Below, one piece after another: positions 20,032 to 29,912 of a DNA stretch of 64,000 nucleotides. Under the pieces are notes generated by a model. It saw nothing but the letters and a program-made list of their open reading frames with translations. It ran no database searches and was not told where the DNA came from. Each line of letters opens with the position of its first letter. Position 1 is the stretch's first letter. The DNA comes from an uncultured archaeon. Its GTDB lineage: Archaea > Micrarchaeota > Micrarchaeia > Micrarchaeales > CABMGC01. The stretch lies in contig CAWBCT010000005.1 of assembly GCA_963787445.1 (NCBI GenBank), positions 576,001 through 640,000 of the forward strand, given 5' to 3'. A program made the position numbers and the translations under genes.

Positions 20032-21321
20032 TTAGATTATCTTCTGTTCTATCAAGAAACTGTTTACGGCTTTTGCAACGTCCTTCGGATGCAGCCCGTA
20101 TCTCTTCGAGATCTCCCCTATTAGCAGGTTTATCGCCTTCTTGTTCGTTCTGCACTCCTCCAATATGCCCTTCTTCGAGTTGACGAACTCCCAAATTGCC
20201 TTTTCCATCTCCTTCTCTGTGAGTTTCTCGTAGCTTACGTCTATGTGGCCCTTGCTTACCTTCTGGAGCACCTCCTGGTTTATTATCACGTCCTTAGCTA
20301 TCAGCCCCAGCAGCCTCACAAAGCCCTCGTCGTCAAGATGGATCTCGTATTTCTCCATCCTCTGTATCGCATTTATTATGTGCTGCATGGGGTGCTTCTG
20401 CCTGAACTTGTCCATTAATTCTAATGATCTCCTGTTGAACATCGTCAATTCCATTATCGTCCTAGCGTTTGATTTGTACTTCGCCGCCATCTCGTTGGCA
20501 ATCTCTGTTATATAAGTTGGTTCTGCTGTCTTTATCCCATCCACATTGAAGATTGTCAGGTCCGGCTCGAAGATGTATCCATACTCCTCGTCTGTTTCCT
20601 TTTCCCTCATCGAGACTGTGTTCCTCCTTGTCTCATTGTAACCTCTCGTCTCGCCAATGATCTTCTTTCCTTCCGCGAGCACCTGCTTCTGCCTTTTAAT
20701 CTCGTACTTTGCGGCCTCAAGTATGTTCTTTATTCCCGTTATGTTCTTGACCTCGACCCGGTGCTCCGCGAGGGAGATGTTCAGGTCGACCTTTATCTCC
20801 TTGTTGATGTCTATGTTGAGGTAGTAGAGTATGCTCCTGAGCGTTCTCAGGAAGCCCCACAGCTCATGCTCATCAATTATGTCGGGTTCTGTGACCACCT
20901 CAACCAGCGGCGTGCCTGACCTGTTGAAGTCAATAAGCGTGAGGGCGCCCTCCCTAACGAGCTTTGCGGGGTCCTCCTCAAGCTGGATCCTCCTTATGCC
21001 AACTTTCTTCCCAGTTATTGTGAGATATCCTTCGCTTCCGATGGAGTGCTCGGTCTGGGTTATCTGGTAGCACTTCGGAAGGTCGGGGTAGAAGTACACC
21101 TTCCTCACGAATGAGATGTCCCCCCCAAGCCTGCAGTGGAGCGCGTTTGCTATGTCCCTTGCGTACTTGACTGCGGACCTGTTAAGCAGGGGCTTTGATC
21201 CTGGGAAGCCCATGCAGATTGGGCAGACAGAGGTGTTCGGCTCCTCTCCGTCCGCGCTGCAAGAGCAGAATAGCTTCGACCTAGTGGGCAAAGCTATGTG
21301 TACCTCCAATCCGATCTTCAT
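20032..21321 (-). CDS. gatB: Asp/Glu-tRNA amidotransferase subunit B
   Basis: IGLEVH, SKLFC, CPICMGFPG, YFYPDLPK, LEEDPAK, DFNRSGTPLVEVVTEPD. Confidence 0.95.
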   Translation of the reverse strand: MKIGLEVHIALPTRSKLFCSCSADGEEPNTSVCPICMGFPGSKPLLNRSAVKYARDIANALHCRLGGDISFVRKVYFYPDLPKCYQITQTEHSIGSEGYLTITGKKVGIRRIQLEEDPAKLVREGALTLIDFNRSGTPLVEVVTEPDIIDEHELWGFLRTLRSILYYLNIDINKEIKVDLNISLAEHRVEVKNITGIKNILEAAKYEIKRQKQVLAEGKKIIGETRGYNETRRNTVSMREKETDEEYGYIFEPDLTIFNVDGIKTAEPTYITEIANEMAAKYKSNARTIMELTMFNRRSLELMDKFRQKHPMQHIINAIQRMEKYEIHLDDEGFVRLLGLIAKDVIINQEVLQKVSKGHIDVSYEKLTEKEMEKAIWEFVNSKKGILEECRTNKKAINLLIGEISKRYGLHPKDVAKAVNSFLIEQKII

Positions 21322-22679
21322 AGTTCTCCCAGGTTATGCTTGAATCTGTACTTGAAGTGGTTCTCCCACTCTGTTACAAAATCCATAAGTGCGTAGTCGT
21401 TGCCCTGCCCTGTTATGAGCTGGGCGCCTGTGGGCAAATTGTCAATATAATCATACGGAAACGAGATGTGCGGGAAGCCTCCCAGGTTCGGAGGTATCGT
21501 GAACATGTCCAACGCATAGTTCTCCAGAGGCGAGAGCTTCTGCGCGTCCTTTATCTTCGGCGTCTGGACCGGCAGCGCAGGCGAGAGGATGAAACCGTCC
21601 TTCAGCATCGCGCTCATCTCCTTGATTATCGCACTTCTTATAACGGCCGCCTTGGTGTAGTACTTGTCCTTCTGGCTCTTTCCTCTTATGAAGCTGCCAA
21701 GTATGATTCTTCTCTTCGCCTCAATCCCAAAGCTCTTCCTCGCATCGGTGAAGAACTCATTGTAGTGCTTAGTGTAGTCGCCCTCCTGCAGCCCGTACTT
21801 GTAGCCGTCGTACTTGGCCAGGTTAGTCGAGGCCTCCGCCATCGCAATTATGTAGTAGGGGGCTATCGCCTTGCTCAATATTTTGGAGCTCACCGTCTCG
21901 ATTGAGTATCCTGTGCTTTCCAGTTTGCTCACGAACTTTTCGAAGTGCGATTTTATCGTCCCGTCCGTTCTCTCCATGAGCTCCTTGATCAAGAATATTC
22001 TTTTCTTTTTCGAATCTGTTATCTTGTCCACAACGCAGGTGGTGTCATAAGAGTCCGGCCCCCTGATCACATCAAAGACTCTCTTCGCATCTTCCGCGCT
22101 TCTCGCCATCACTCCTATCTTGTCAAGCGAGTTTGCGTAGTCTATCAGCCCGTACCTTGAGACCGCGCCGTAGGTCGGGGTGAAGCCCACAACCCCGTTG
22201 AAGGCTGATGGGGTTGTTATCGAGCCTCCCGTTGACTCTGAGATGGCCACGTGGTACTTGAGCATCGCCGTTGCGACTGCCGCGCCGCTGCTGGAGCCTC
22301 CTGCAACGTACTCGCTGTCAAAAGCGTTCCTTGCTGGTACCTCGCAGTTTAATCCAAAGGTGCCGAAGCCAAACTCATCCATGCTGGTTGAGCCCAGGAA
22401 GGAGAACTCCTTGGTGTTGAGCAACCTCTCGGTGACCGTGGCGTTGAACGGGGGCACATAGCCCTTGAGTATCTTCGAACCCGCCGTTGTTTCATGGCCT
22501 TTCACGCAGATGTTCGCCTTGGTGCTGAACGGAAATGAGTTCTTTTCCTTTGAAACCGCGCTGTTTATGGTTAGGAACGGGTGGTACTCCTTGTTTGTCT
22601 CGGTTATCTGCTGGATCAGCTTCTGGTAGTAGTCTCTTGGCTTCTTCTTGCCCGCGAACTCCCGTAGGTAGCTGGTCAT
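21318..22679 (-). CDS. gatA: Asp/Glu-tRNA amidotransferase subunit A
   Basis: TTAGSKIL, MDEFG, GGSSSG, TGGS, PTYGAVSRYGL, EASTNLAKYDG, EAKRRIILG. Confidence 0.93.
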   Translation of the reverse strand: MTSYLREFAGKKKPRDYYQKLIQQITETNKEYHPFLTINSAVSKEKNSFPFSTKANICVKGHETTAGSKILKGYVPPFNATVTERLLNTKEFSFLGSTSMDEFGFGTFGLNCEVPARNAFDSEYVAGGSSSGAAVATAMLKYHVAISESTGGSITTPSAFNGVVGFTPTYGAVSRYGLIDYANSLDKIGVMARSAEDAKRVFDVIRGPDSYDTTCVVDKITDSKKKRIFLIKELMERTDGTIKSHFEKFVSKLESTGYSIETVSSKILSKAIAPYYIIAMAEASTNLAKYDGYKYGLQEGDYTKHYNEFFTDARKSFGIEAKRRIILGSFIRGKSQKDKYYTKAAVIRSAIIKEMSAMLKDGFILSPALPVQTPKIKDAQKLSPLENYALDMFTIPPNLGGFPHISFPYDYIDNLPTGAQLITGQGNDYALMDFVTEWENHFKYRFKHNLGEL

Positions 22680-22945
22680 ATGCGCGGTCCCCTCACGTAC
22701 TTACCCTGTTTCCTGGTCTGGCCCAGCATCGACTCCGTGTCCTTGAACGGCATAATCTCGTCCTCCCTCAGCCTGCCGGGTATCTGTATCGGCTGGTAGG
22801 AGGGCTGCTCGTCCGCCTTTATGCTGCTAATCTCCTCAAAGTACTTTAGGATCTCCTCTATGTCGGCCTTTATCCTCCTCTTTTCGCCTTCGTCCAGGCT
22901 GAGCCTAGCTATCTTTAGGAGTCTATCAAAATCTTCGCTTTCCAC
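22676..22945 (-). CDS. gatC: Asp/Glu-tRNA amidotransferase subunit C
   Basis: LLKIARLSL...EEILKYF...LREDE...YVRGPRI; overlaps the gatA start; GTG start inferred. Confidence 0.88.
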   Translation of the reverse strand: MESEDFDRLLKIARLSLDEGEKRRIKADIEEILKYFEEISSIKADEQPSYQPIQIPGRLREDEIMPFKDTESMLGQTRKQGKYVRGPRI

Positions 22946-22989
22946 GGAGTTATAATTATTTGAGCAATTTAATAAATGCTCCGACCTTA

Positions 22990-23280
22990 TCAGCAGCTTA
23001 TCTGCACATTGCTCAGGACATAGGAGGTGCCGTTGCACTCATAGCCGTTGCCCTGGCTCTCGCAATTGAACACCAGATGGGTGTTCGGCGCCGCAGGTAT
23101 GCACAGCCCGCTGCCGCCCACCCAGACTATCTGGCTTGTAGTGTCGTTTATCACCGCCACTGTGCTGTAGGTCATGCGCTGCGGCGGCGGGACCTGGCCG
23201 TTGAGAATCAGGAACAGCAGATAGAGCAGCAGCGCTATCGGGATAATCCACAGATAACGCCTCTTGCTCCCTTTGACCAT
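22990..23280 (-). CDS. Small secreted/membrane-anchored Cys-containing protein
   Basis: Basic N-terminus, hydrophobic helix and four Cys. Confidence 0.55.
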   Translation of the reverse strand: MVKGSKRRYLWIIPIALLLYLLFLILNGQVPPPQRMTYSTVAVINDTTSQIVWVGGSGLCIPAAPNTHLVFNCESQGNGYECNGTSYVLSNVQISC

Positions 23281-23356
23281 GGAATCCAACCACAAAATAA
23301 GGTAAATCAACAAAGCTATTAATATGTTTATTTCAAAATTACCTTATCGTGATCAG

Positions 23357-24667
23357 GTGCAGATTTCAGGGCAGATTGGCGAGGTTCCAAAGACGGCGGG
23401 CAGCAAGCTCAGGCTGGGCGGCAGGATCACCCGCATAAACGACACCAAGAACATCGCCTTCCTCTGGCTGCGCGACAGCACCGGCATAATCCAGATAACC
23501 GCCGTCAAGGAGAAGACCTCTCCCGACCTGCTGAAACAGGTCTCGGGAATCTCGATAAACGACTTCATCATCGCCGAGGGCGTTGTCCCGGAGCAGATAC
23601 GGTCCAACACCGGCTCGGAGATGATACTCGAGAAGATAACGGTGGTGGGCAAGGCGCTCGAGCCTTCACCGATCGACATAGAGAAGCAGATCGAGAGCGC
23701 CATGGACAAGAGGCTCGACTGGAGGGCGCTCGACCTTAGGGATCCCAAACATGCGGCCATCTTCAATGTGCAGTCCTCGCTCCTCTGGGGGCTCAGGAAG
23801 TTCTTCTCATCGGAAGGGGTAAAGGAGGTGTTCACCCCGAGCCTCATGGGCACCCCATCGGAGGGCGGCTCGGAGGTCTTCTCGCTGGAGCACTTCGGTA
23901 AGACCGCGTACCTTAGGCAGGACCCGCAGCTCCACAGGCAGTTCCTGATGCTCGCCGGCTTTGACAAGATCTACGAGATAGGGCCAAGCTGGAGGGCGGA
24001 GCTGAGCAACACCCCACGGCACCTCACGGAGCACAGGACCTGTGCGTCCGAGATCTCTTTCATAAAGGACGAGCGGGACGTCATCAAGTACGAGCAGAAG
24101 GCGGTAATCAGCGCGGTCAAGAGCGTGATCAAGAACAGCAAGGCCGACCTGGAGCTGCTTGGCGTGACGCTCGAGGTTCCCAAGCGCTTCCCCGAGCTGA
24201 AGTTCCCCAAAGTATACGATATCCTTGAGGAGCTGGGCTCTCCGATTGAGAGGGGCACGGACTACAACAAGGCCGGGGAGAGCCTGCTGGCAAAGTACGT
24301 GAAGGAGAAGTACAACACCGACTTCTTCTTCGTCAACCGTTTCCCGTTTGCGGTGAAGCCATTTTACGTGATGAGAGTGGACGAGGACCCGGAGTGGGCG
24401 AGGAGCATCGACCTCATATACAAGGGCGTCGAACTAAGCAGCGGCGGCCAGAGGGAGCACAGGTACGAAAAGATAATCTCGCAGGCGAAGGAGAAGGGGA
24501 TGAACCCCGAGAACATCAAGTGGTTCACGGACCTGTTCAAGTACGGCGCACCGCCCCACGGCGGCTTCAGCATCGGCATCGAGCGTTTGACGATGCAGAT
24601 ACTCAACATACAGAACGTAAGGGAGACGGTTCTCTTCCCGCGCGCCCCGGACAGACTTCTGCCGTGA
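23357..24667 (+). CDS. aspS: Aspartyl-tRNA synthetase, archaeal type (probably non-discriminating)
   Basis: FLWLRD, RLDWRALDLR, QDPQLH, WRAE, ELSSGGQREH, YGAPPHGGFSIGIERL, FPR; lies next to gatCAB. Confidence 0.93.
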   Translation: MQISGQIGEVPKTAGSKLRLGGRITRINDTKNIAFLWLRDSTGIIQITAVKEKTSPDLLKQVSGISINDFIIAEGVVPEQIRSNTGSEMILEKITVVGKALEPSPIDIEKQIESAMDKRLDWRALDLRDPKHAAIFNVQSSLLWGLRKFFSSEGVKEVFTPSLMGTPSEGGSEVFSLEHFGKTAYLRQDPQLHRQFLMLAGFDKIYEIGPSWRAELSNTPRHLTEHRTCASEISFIKDERDVIKYEQKAVISAVKSVIKNSKADLELLGVTLEVPKRFPELKFPKVYDILEELGSPIERGTDYNKAGESLLAKYVKEKYNTDFFFVNRFPFAVKPFYVMRVDEDPEWARSIDLIYKGVELSSGGQREHRYEKIISQAKEKGMNPENIKWFTDLFKYGAPPHGGFSIGIERLTMQILNIQNVRETVLFPRAPDRLLP

Positions 24668-24830
24668 CAAACTGAGATAGGTATATAAATCTGATTTTAT
24701 ACTTATATAGTTGTATTTTTAGCTTAAGGCGCGACCAATGAAACATGTCCTACAGAATATGGGATTGCTAGAATCCTCTATCCCTCAGAGCCAATCCCCT
24801 ATTTTCTACTTAAATTAATTAGGTGACTAT

Positions 24831-25823
24831 ATGAATGACGATATCGAAATAACTGTTCATTCCGAAGGTGCAAAAGAGAAGCCCGCACGACCGAAGGAGA
24901 AGGCAGTAGTGATCGAAGAATGTCCGGATCACAGGTATACGGACAGCAACATCTCGGACCAGATTGCCGATGCGATTACAAACGGCAACTACAATGAAGA
25001 CGGCAGCAGACGCTATGACTTCAGCCAGAACCCTGTCTTCGGAGAGATGCAGGGACAGAAGCTAAACAAATTTATTGACAGCCACAATGGCGAAAAGGTC
25101 CTGTTCTCAACCAACGTGGCTGCCGACGCAGAAGAGAACATGGAAGCGATAAAGTACTTCCACAAGGTCTATGACATAGCTGTAGTGGAAGTGAGCCATC
25201 ACGACTGCGGCGGCGTAGGAATGAAGTGCGCCTGCGAACAGGGAATGGTATATGATAAGAACAGCGAACCCATAAGCCGGCAGATGGCCCACCTCGATGG
25301 ACTGCCGGGCGACAGAACCCAGAAAGAGGCTCAAAATGCAACTTTCCAGATAGCGAAGATACGAAGGAACCTTGCCGATGGAGGCGAGCTAGAGATGCTT
25401 CCGCTCACAGCCGACTTTTCTGGCTACCGCAAGGTCGAAGACCCGGCCAACAAGGTCCTCCTCATAGCAACTTCAGACGACATATCGCGTTCGGAACTCT
25501 GCAAGATTGCAGAGGTAGACCGTGCGACCAAGGGGGTGTACGTGCTACGCACGCACCTGACCGAAGATCCAAAGAGCCTTGAAGGAATACTCTCCAGCAC
25601 CGCCTGCAGCATTGTAGGCCTGCACATAAGAGACATAAGGCTTGTTCCCACCTCTCAAGAACGGAAGTCCATGATGGACAAGCTCAAGCCCGAACTTGAA
25701 AAACTTGGCGCAGTGGCAGAGCACGGTGCAAATGTCAGCGTGCCCAACTTCTACAGGGACACGGGCGGAGTTTCGCTAAGGAAAGAAGAGAGAACGGGTG
25801 CGCCAAAAAAAGTTAAGGCGTAA
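24831..25823 (+). CDS. Divergent beta-carbonic-anhydrase-like Zn protein
   Basis: CPDHR (CxDxR) and HHDCGG (HxxCGG) motifs in the canonical order; the rest is unrecognisable. Confidence 0.55.
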   Translation: MNDDIEITVHSEGAKEKPARPKEKAVVIEECPDHRYTDSNISDQIADAITNGNYNEDGSRRYDFSQNPVFGEMQGQKLNKFIDSHNGEKVLFSTNVAADAEENMEAIKYFHKVYDIAVVEVSHHDCGGVGMKCACEQGMVYDKNSEPISRQMAHLDGLPGDRTQKEAQNATFQIAKIRRNLADGGELEMLPLTADFSGYRKVEDPANKVLLIATSDDISRSELCKIAEVDRATKGVYVLRTHLTEDPKSLEGILSSTACSIVGLHIRDIRLVPTSQERKSMMDKLKPELEKLGAVAEHGANVSVPNFYRDTGGVSLRKEERTGAPKKVKA

Positions 25824-25902
25824 CGGCTGCGCCAGAAGGCTAGAAAGCCAAGCCCCACCCCTAACTTTTATATTTTGCGATGGCCATCTAGAGTGTGGGA
25901 TT

Positions 25903-26523
25903 ATGCCATTCATAGTTATCGAGGGTACCGACGGTTCCGGAAAGACAAGCGTCGCAAAAATACTGCAGCAAAAGCTCAACGCCACCCTGATCAAAACCTC
26001 CATGACTCCCTACCTGCCCGACCTGAGGCAGTACGTTGATGCGCATCCTGAAAACGTGATGGCACGCTTTACCTATTTTCTATCCCTGAACAAATATACC
26101 GCAGACACGCGCATGGGCCCGAAGAATGCGATAAATATATTCGACCGGTATGTTTTTTCGACGTTTGCGGCGCACGTCGCACTCGACGAGATATACAACA
26201 AGGGCAAGGATGTTGCTGAGATAACGCAAATTTACAACCAGGAACGTAAACTTTTACCGGCTCCCGATGCAATCATATTTCTCTACGCTGACTCCAAGGT
26301 TCGAGAGGAGCGCCTGAATTTAAGAAAGAATCAGCTCGACCACCTCGACACGAACAAAAAGTCAACCGACCGAAAGCAGGAACTCTTCAAGGCCATAGCC
26401 TCGGAACTGCTTGCGGAAAAGGTGGTAACTGTTGTAGAGATAGACACCACAAAACTTTCACTAGAACAAATCGTCGACAAGATATTGGGTTCTGCGAAAC
26501 TGCGAAAACTTCTGGCTTTGTAG
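25903..26523 (+). CDS. Thymidylate-kinase-family P-loop kinase
   Basis: FIVIEGTDGSGKTS, FDRYVFST, PDAIIFL, ERLNLR. Confidence 0.8.
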   Translation: MPFIVIEGTDGSGKTSVAKILQQKLNATLIKTSMTPYLPDLRQYVDAHPENVMARFTYFLSLNKYTADTRMGPKNAINIFDRYVFSTFAAHVALDEIYNKGKDVAEITQIYNQERKLLPAPDAIIFLYADSKVREERLNLRKNQLDHLDTNKKSTDRKQELFKAIASELLAEKVVTVVEIDTTKLSLEQIVDKILGSAKLRKLLAL

Positions 26524-26569
26524 GAAAAGTTTATATATTATTTTGTCCTTTATCAGTACGGTTGGGATA

Positions 26570-27133
26570 GTGTCAGTTAGCGTTACCGCTATAGATAGCG
26601 AGATTCTTAATGCGATACGTGACGCTTCGGACCTCTACAAGGATTTAAGCCCCCGGCAGATCGATTACATTAAAAGAGACCCCAGGGACCCCGAAGGCAA
26701 TGGCGTACTGCACCTTCTCAGGAGGTACAACATACAATCCAACAAGGTAAGCACGCTTGTGGAACTCGGATTGGACCCTCTGGCCCGCAATAGGCTGGGC
26801 CATCTTCCGATAGACTCCGCAATCATGCAAGACCCAGAGTCCTATGGAAACGGCTTCGTCAGGGAGTTCTTGATGCTGATGAAAAGCATCCCCGGATACA
26901 CCGATGAGGCAAAGCTGAAAGACCTGAACAATACCTACCGCATAGCCGGCGCCATGAACAACAATGGCGTAAGGCATGCCCTGGCCGACGCCATGGCTCC
27001 TCTTCTGCTTTCAAAAAAAAACAACGACGCAGATGAGGCAAATGTGGAAAGAAAGGTCACGCACCTAACTGGTGTGCACCGCAACCCCTCACAGGTGCGC
27101 CAAGTCAGGTCTAGACGCAAGCTCGTAGCGTAA
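26570..27133 (+). CDS. Ankyrin-repeat-like protein
   Basis: DPEGNGVLHLL...VSTLVELGLDPLARNRLGHLPIDSA matches the ankyrin consensus for about 2 repeats. Confidence 0.6.
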   Translation: MSVSVTAIDSEILNAIRDASDLYKDLSPRQIDYIKRDPRDPEGNGVLHLLRRYNIQSNKVSTLVELGLDPLARNRLGHLPIDSAIMQDPESYGNGFVREFLMLMKSIPGYTDEAKLKDLNNTYRIAGAMNNNGVRHALADAMAPLLLSKKNNDADEANVERKVTHLTGVHRNPSQVRQVRSRRKLVA

Positions 27134-27138
27134 TCTGA

Positions 27139-29445
27139 TTAAAGCTCCTGGGCCACGGTAGCTCCGTGCTCCGCCTTCTCCCTGCTCAGCATGTATATCC
27201 TCGCATTAGAGACCCGCTTGAGCTGCTCGTCGTGCGTTATGATGAACACCTGCCCCACCAGCTCGGGCAGCGTCTCGTTGAGCATGGTCACCAACTTGGA
27301 GAGCCCCTGCTGGTCTATGTTGTGCGTCGGCTCGTCCAGGATCAGCCACTTCAGGTTCGGCACCAGCACCAGCGAGAAGGCTATCCTGAGCGCCATGCAG
27401 GCTATGCTGCGCTCCCCGCCGCTCGCTATCGAGTTGACGTTCTCCCAGGCGGGCTCGCCGTCCCTCAGGCTCTGCAGCTGCAGGGCGTAGTCGCTCTCGT
27501 TCGCATCAAGCATTATTCCCGTGTAATCGCCGTAGGGGTACAGCCTCGGCCACATCCCCTCCATTATCTGGTTTATGGCGCTCACCAGATGGCTGCGGAG
27601 CGCTCCCTGGGTCTCCTCCAGCGCATTCTTGAAGCGCGAGAGATCGTCTATGGTGCCCTTCTTCTGGTTCAGCTCAGCGTACATCGCATCTATGCGCGCT
27701 ATCTCTCCCTCCTTGTCCTTAATCTGGACCGTCTTCTCGTCAATCGCATTCACGCTTGAGAACAGCAGCGCGCTTTTGCCCGATATCTGTGAACTAGCCT
27801 CGGTGTGCCTCTTCTGCAGCGCCTCAATCTTGGCGTTGTCAACGACTAATCCCTTCATCTCCTTCTTCCTGAGTTCCAATGTCGCCGAGTAACGGTCCCG
27901 GTCTGCGACCTGCTTTGTAATCCTCTCCACATTCTCCCTGGATGCCTTCAGTTTGGCAAGGTTTTCCGAGCCTTTTGTCACTGATTCCTCAACTGACGAA
28001 GCCGCGCTAGTAAGGGTTTTAATCTGATCGGAGAGTCTTGCAAGTTCCTTTGAAGCCCTCTCGCCATTAGCCTCAAGATCCCCGTAGGACTTGATCCTCT
28101 CAAGCGTCACCGTAAGGCTGTTCAGCTCCGCGGTAAGCTTTGCAACTTGCTCTCTCTTCTGAGTTCTCGAGGCTCCAAGAGTTGTTATTTTGGACGAGGA
28201 GTTCTTGATCACTTCCTGCCTGGATTTTACCAGCTCGGCATGCTTGTGTTCGCTTAGCTCACTGTCGCAGATTGGGCATTTGCTAATGTGCCTCCTTAGC
28301 TCATCGAGCGATTTTTCGGCCTCCTGCTTGAGCACTGCGCTGTGCGCGTACTCCTTTTCCATCGATTCCAACTCTTTGGTTATGCCGTCAAGCTGCACCT
28401 TTACCGTACTTTCCGATCTGCCCTTCATCTTCTCTTCTGCCAGCCGCTTCTCCTTCTTGTTCTTCTCTATGTCCTGAAGCTCCTTCTCCAGCTTGCCGAT
28501 GTTTCCCTGTGTGCTCTGCAATAGGCTTAAATGTTCTGTACGCTTCTTTTTCAGTTCTGAGATGGAAGTGTTTGTGAAATTGATTTGCTTTTCCAGTTCT
28601 TCAACAGATGGCAGCGTCTTCCCGTCAACCGCGCCTATCTCCTTTTCGAGAATTCCGACCTTGCTCTCAAGCTCTCCGGTCTCCTTCTCCAGCTGTATCT
28701 TCTTTTCGTAGAGCTTCTTCAATGCTAACAGTTCAGTGCCCATCTGGGTCTCAGCAGCTTTAAGCACCCTGAGCGCCTCCTCTGTAGCTACCTTCTCTTT
28801 TTCAAGTTTCGACAGCTCTTCCTTCATTTGAATATGCTGCTCCCTGAGTTTCTTGAGGTCGAAGCCCTTCGCCAGCTTCTCCGAGTCTGCGATCATCTCC
28901 TTTATCCTGTTTATCAGGCTTCCTGCGTTCTCCTGAGCCGCCGCGAAGCGGTCAAGGCCCAGCAGGTTGTCTATCTGCTTCTTCCGGTCCGACGCGCCTA
29001 GCTCCAGGAAGTAGTCTAGCCTGTTCTGCTCCGCGTATATCGCCCTTGCAAACAGGTCGTAGTCGACCTTCAGCACCTTCTCCACCTCCTCGGTGACCCG
29101 CTGCGGCTGGGACTGCACGTAAACGTCGTTCTTCTTGAAGGTCGCCTTGGCTGTCTCGTCAAGCGAGATGCTGCGCTCAACCGTGTACGGGATGCCGTCC
29201 ACCTCGAACCCCAGCTTCACCCTGGCGCTGCGCTTCTGCTCCGGCTTGTTCCTGATGAGGTCCTCCACCTTGACGCGCCGGTTCTTTATCGCAGGAAAGG
29301 TGCCGAAGAAGCCGAACGAGATGGCGTCGAGTATGGAGCTCTTCCCGGCTCCCATCTGGCCGATGAGTATGTTGGTGCCGTTTGAGAAGCTGAGCGTCGT
29401 GAGGCCGTGGGCCTTCCAATTCTCGAGCTCTATGTAGTTTATCAT
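27139..29445 (-). CDS. rad50: Rad50-like SMC ATPase
   Basis: GQMGAGKSS Walker A, coiled coils with central CPIC zinc hook, SGGE signature, ILDEPT, IITH. Confidence 0.92.
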   Translation of the reverse strand: MINYIELENWKAHGLTTLSFSNGTNILIGQMGAGKSSILDAISFGFFGTFPAIKNRRVKVEDLIRNKPEQKRSARVKLGFEVDGIPYTVERSISLDETAKATFKKNDVYVQSQPQRVTEEVEKVLKVDYDLFARAIYAEQNRLDYFLELGASDRKKQIDNLLGLDRFAAAQENAGSLINRIKEMIADSEKLAKGFDLKKLREQHIQMKEELSKLEKEKVATEEALRVLKAAETQMGTELLALKKLYEKKIQLEKETGELESKVGILEKEIGAVDGKTLPSVEELEKQINFTNTSISELKKKRTEHLSLLQSTQGNIGKLEKELQDIEKNKKEKRLAEEKMKGRSESTVKVQLDGITKELESMEKEYAHSAVLKQEAEKSLDELRRHISKCPICDSELSEHKHAELVKSRQEVIKNSSSKITTLGASRTQKREQVAKLTAELNSLTVTLERIKSYGDLEANGERASKELARLSDQIKTLTSAASSVEESVTKGSENLAKLKASRENVERITKQVADRDRYSATLELRKKEMKGLVVDNAKIEALQKRHTEASSQISGKSALLFSSVNAIDEKTVQIKDKEGEIARIDAMYAELNQKKGTIDDLSRFKNALEETQGALRSHLVSAINQIMEGMWPRLYPYGDYTGIMLDANESDYALQLQSLRDGEPAWENVNSIASGGERSIACMALRIAFSLVLVPNLKWLILDEPTHNIDQQGLSKLVTMLNETLPELVGQVFIITHDEQLKRVSNARIYMLSREKAEHGATVAQEL

Positions 29446-29565
29446 AGAACCATAGGAATTCCTGTTCTAAAGTATAAATTATCTTGCCTTTGAGCTTGGG
29501 AATGCCCTTCGGGGATAGTTATTTAAGATTGACCCCTGATATATAACTGAGTTATAGGTGGATGG

Positions 29566-29895
29566 ATGACTAGCGCGTATGAGACTGGGGAAAAGGAGAT
29601 CCTGCCCGCGGTGCGCTACGCGCTCATCCAGGAGCTCAGCGACAGGTACCACCAGAAGGAGGAGCAGATCGCGAAGGAGCTCGGGATAACCCAGGCTGCG
29701 ATAAGCAAGTACCTTAACGGCAAGATCTCGGACAAGGTAAAGGGGATCTCCGACAAGCTGGACCGCAAGCTCATAGACATCTACGCCAAGAAGATAGCAG
29801 AAGGCGACCAGAGCATGGTAAACGCGTGCATCTGCACGGTCTGCAACAAGCTGAACGACTTCGGCTGCAAGTTCTCGCACGCCAAGTCCGTCTAG
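29566..29895 (+). CDS. HTH transcriptional regulator with Cys-rich C-terminus
   Basis: QIAKELGITQAAISKYL HTH; CICTVC...GCKFSH; heads the suf operon. Confidence 0.85.
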   Translation: MTSAYETGEKEILPAVRYALIQELSDRYHQKEEQIAKELGITQAAISKYLNGKISDKVKGISDKLDRKLIDIYAKKIAEGDQSMVNACICTVCNKLNDFGCKFSHAKSV

Positions 29896-29912
29896 ATAGC
29901 ACAGGTATCAAA

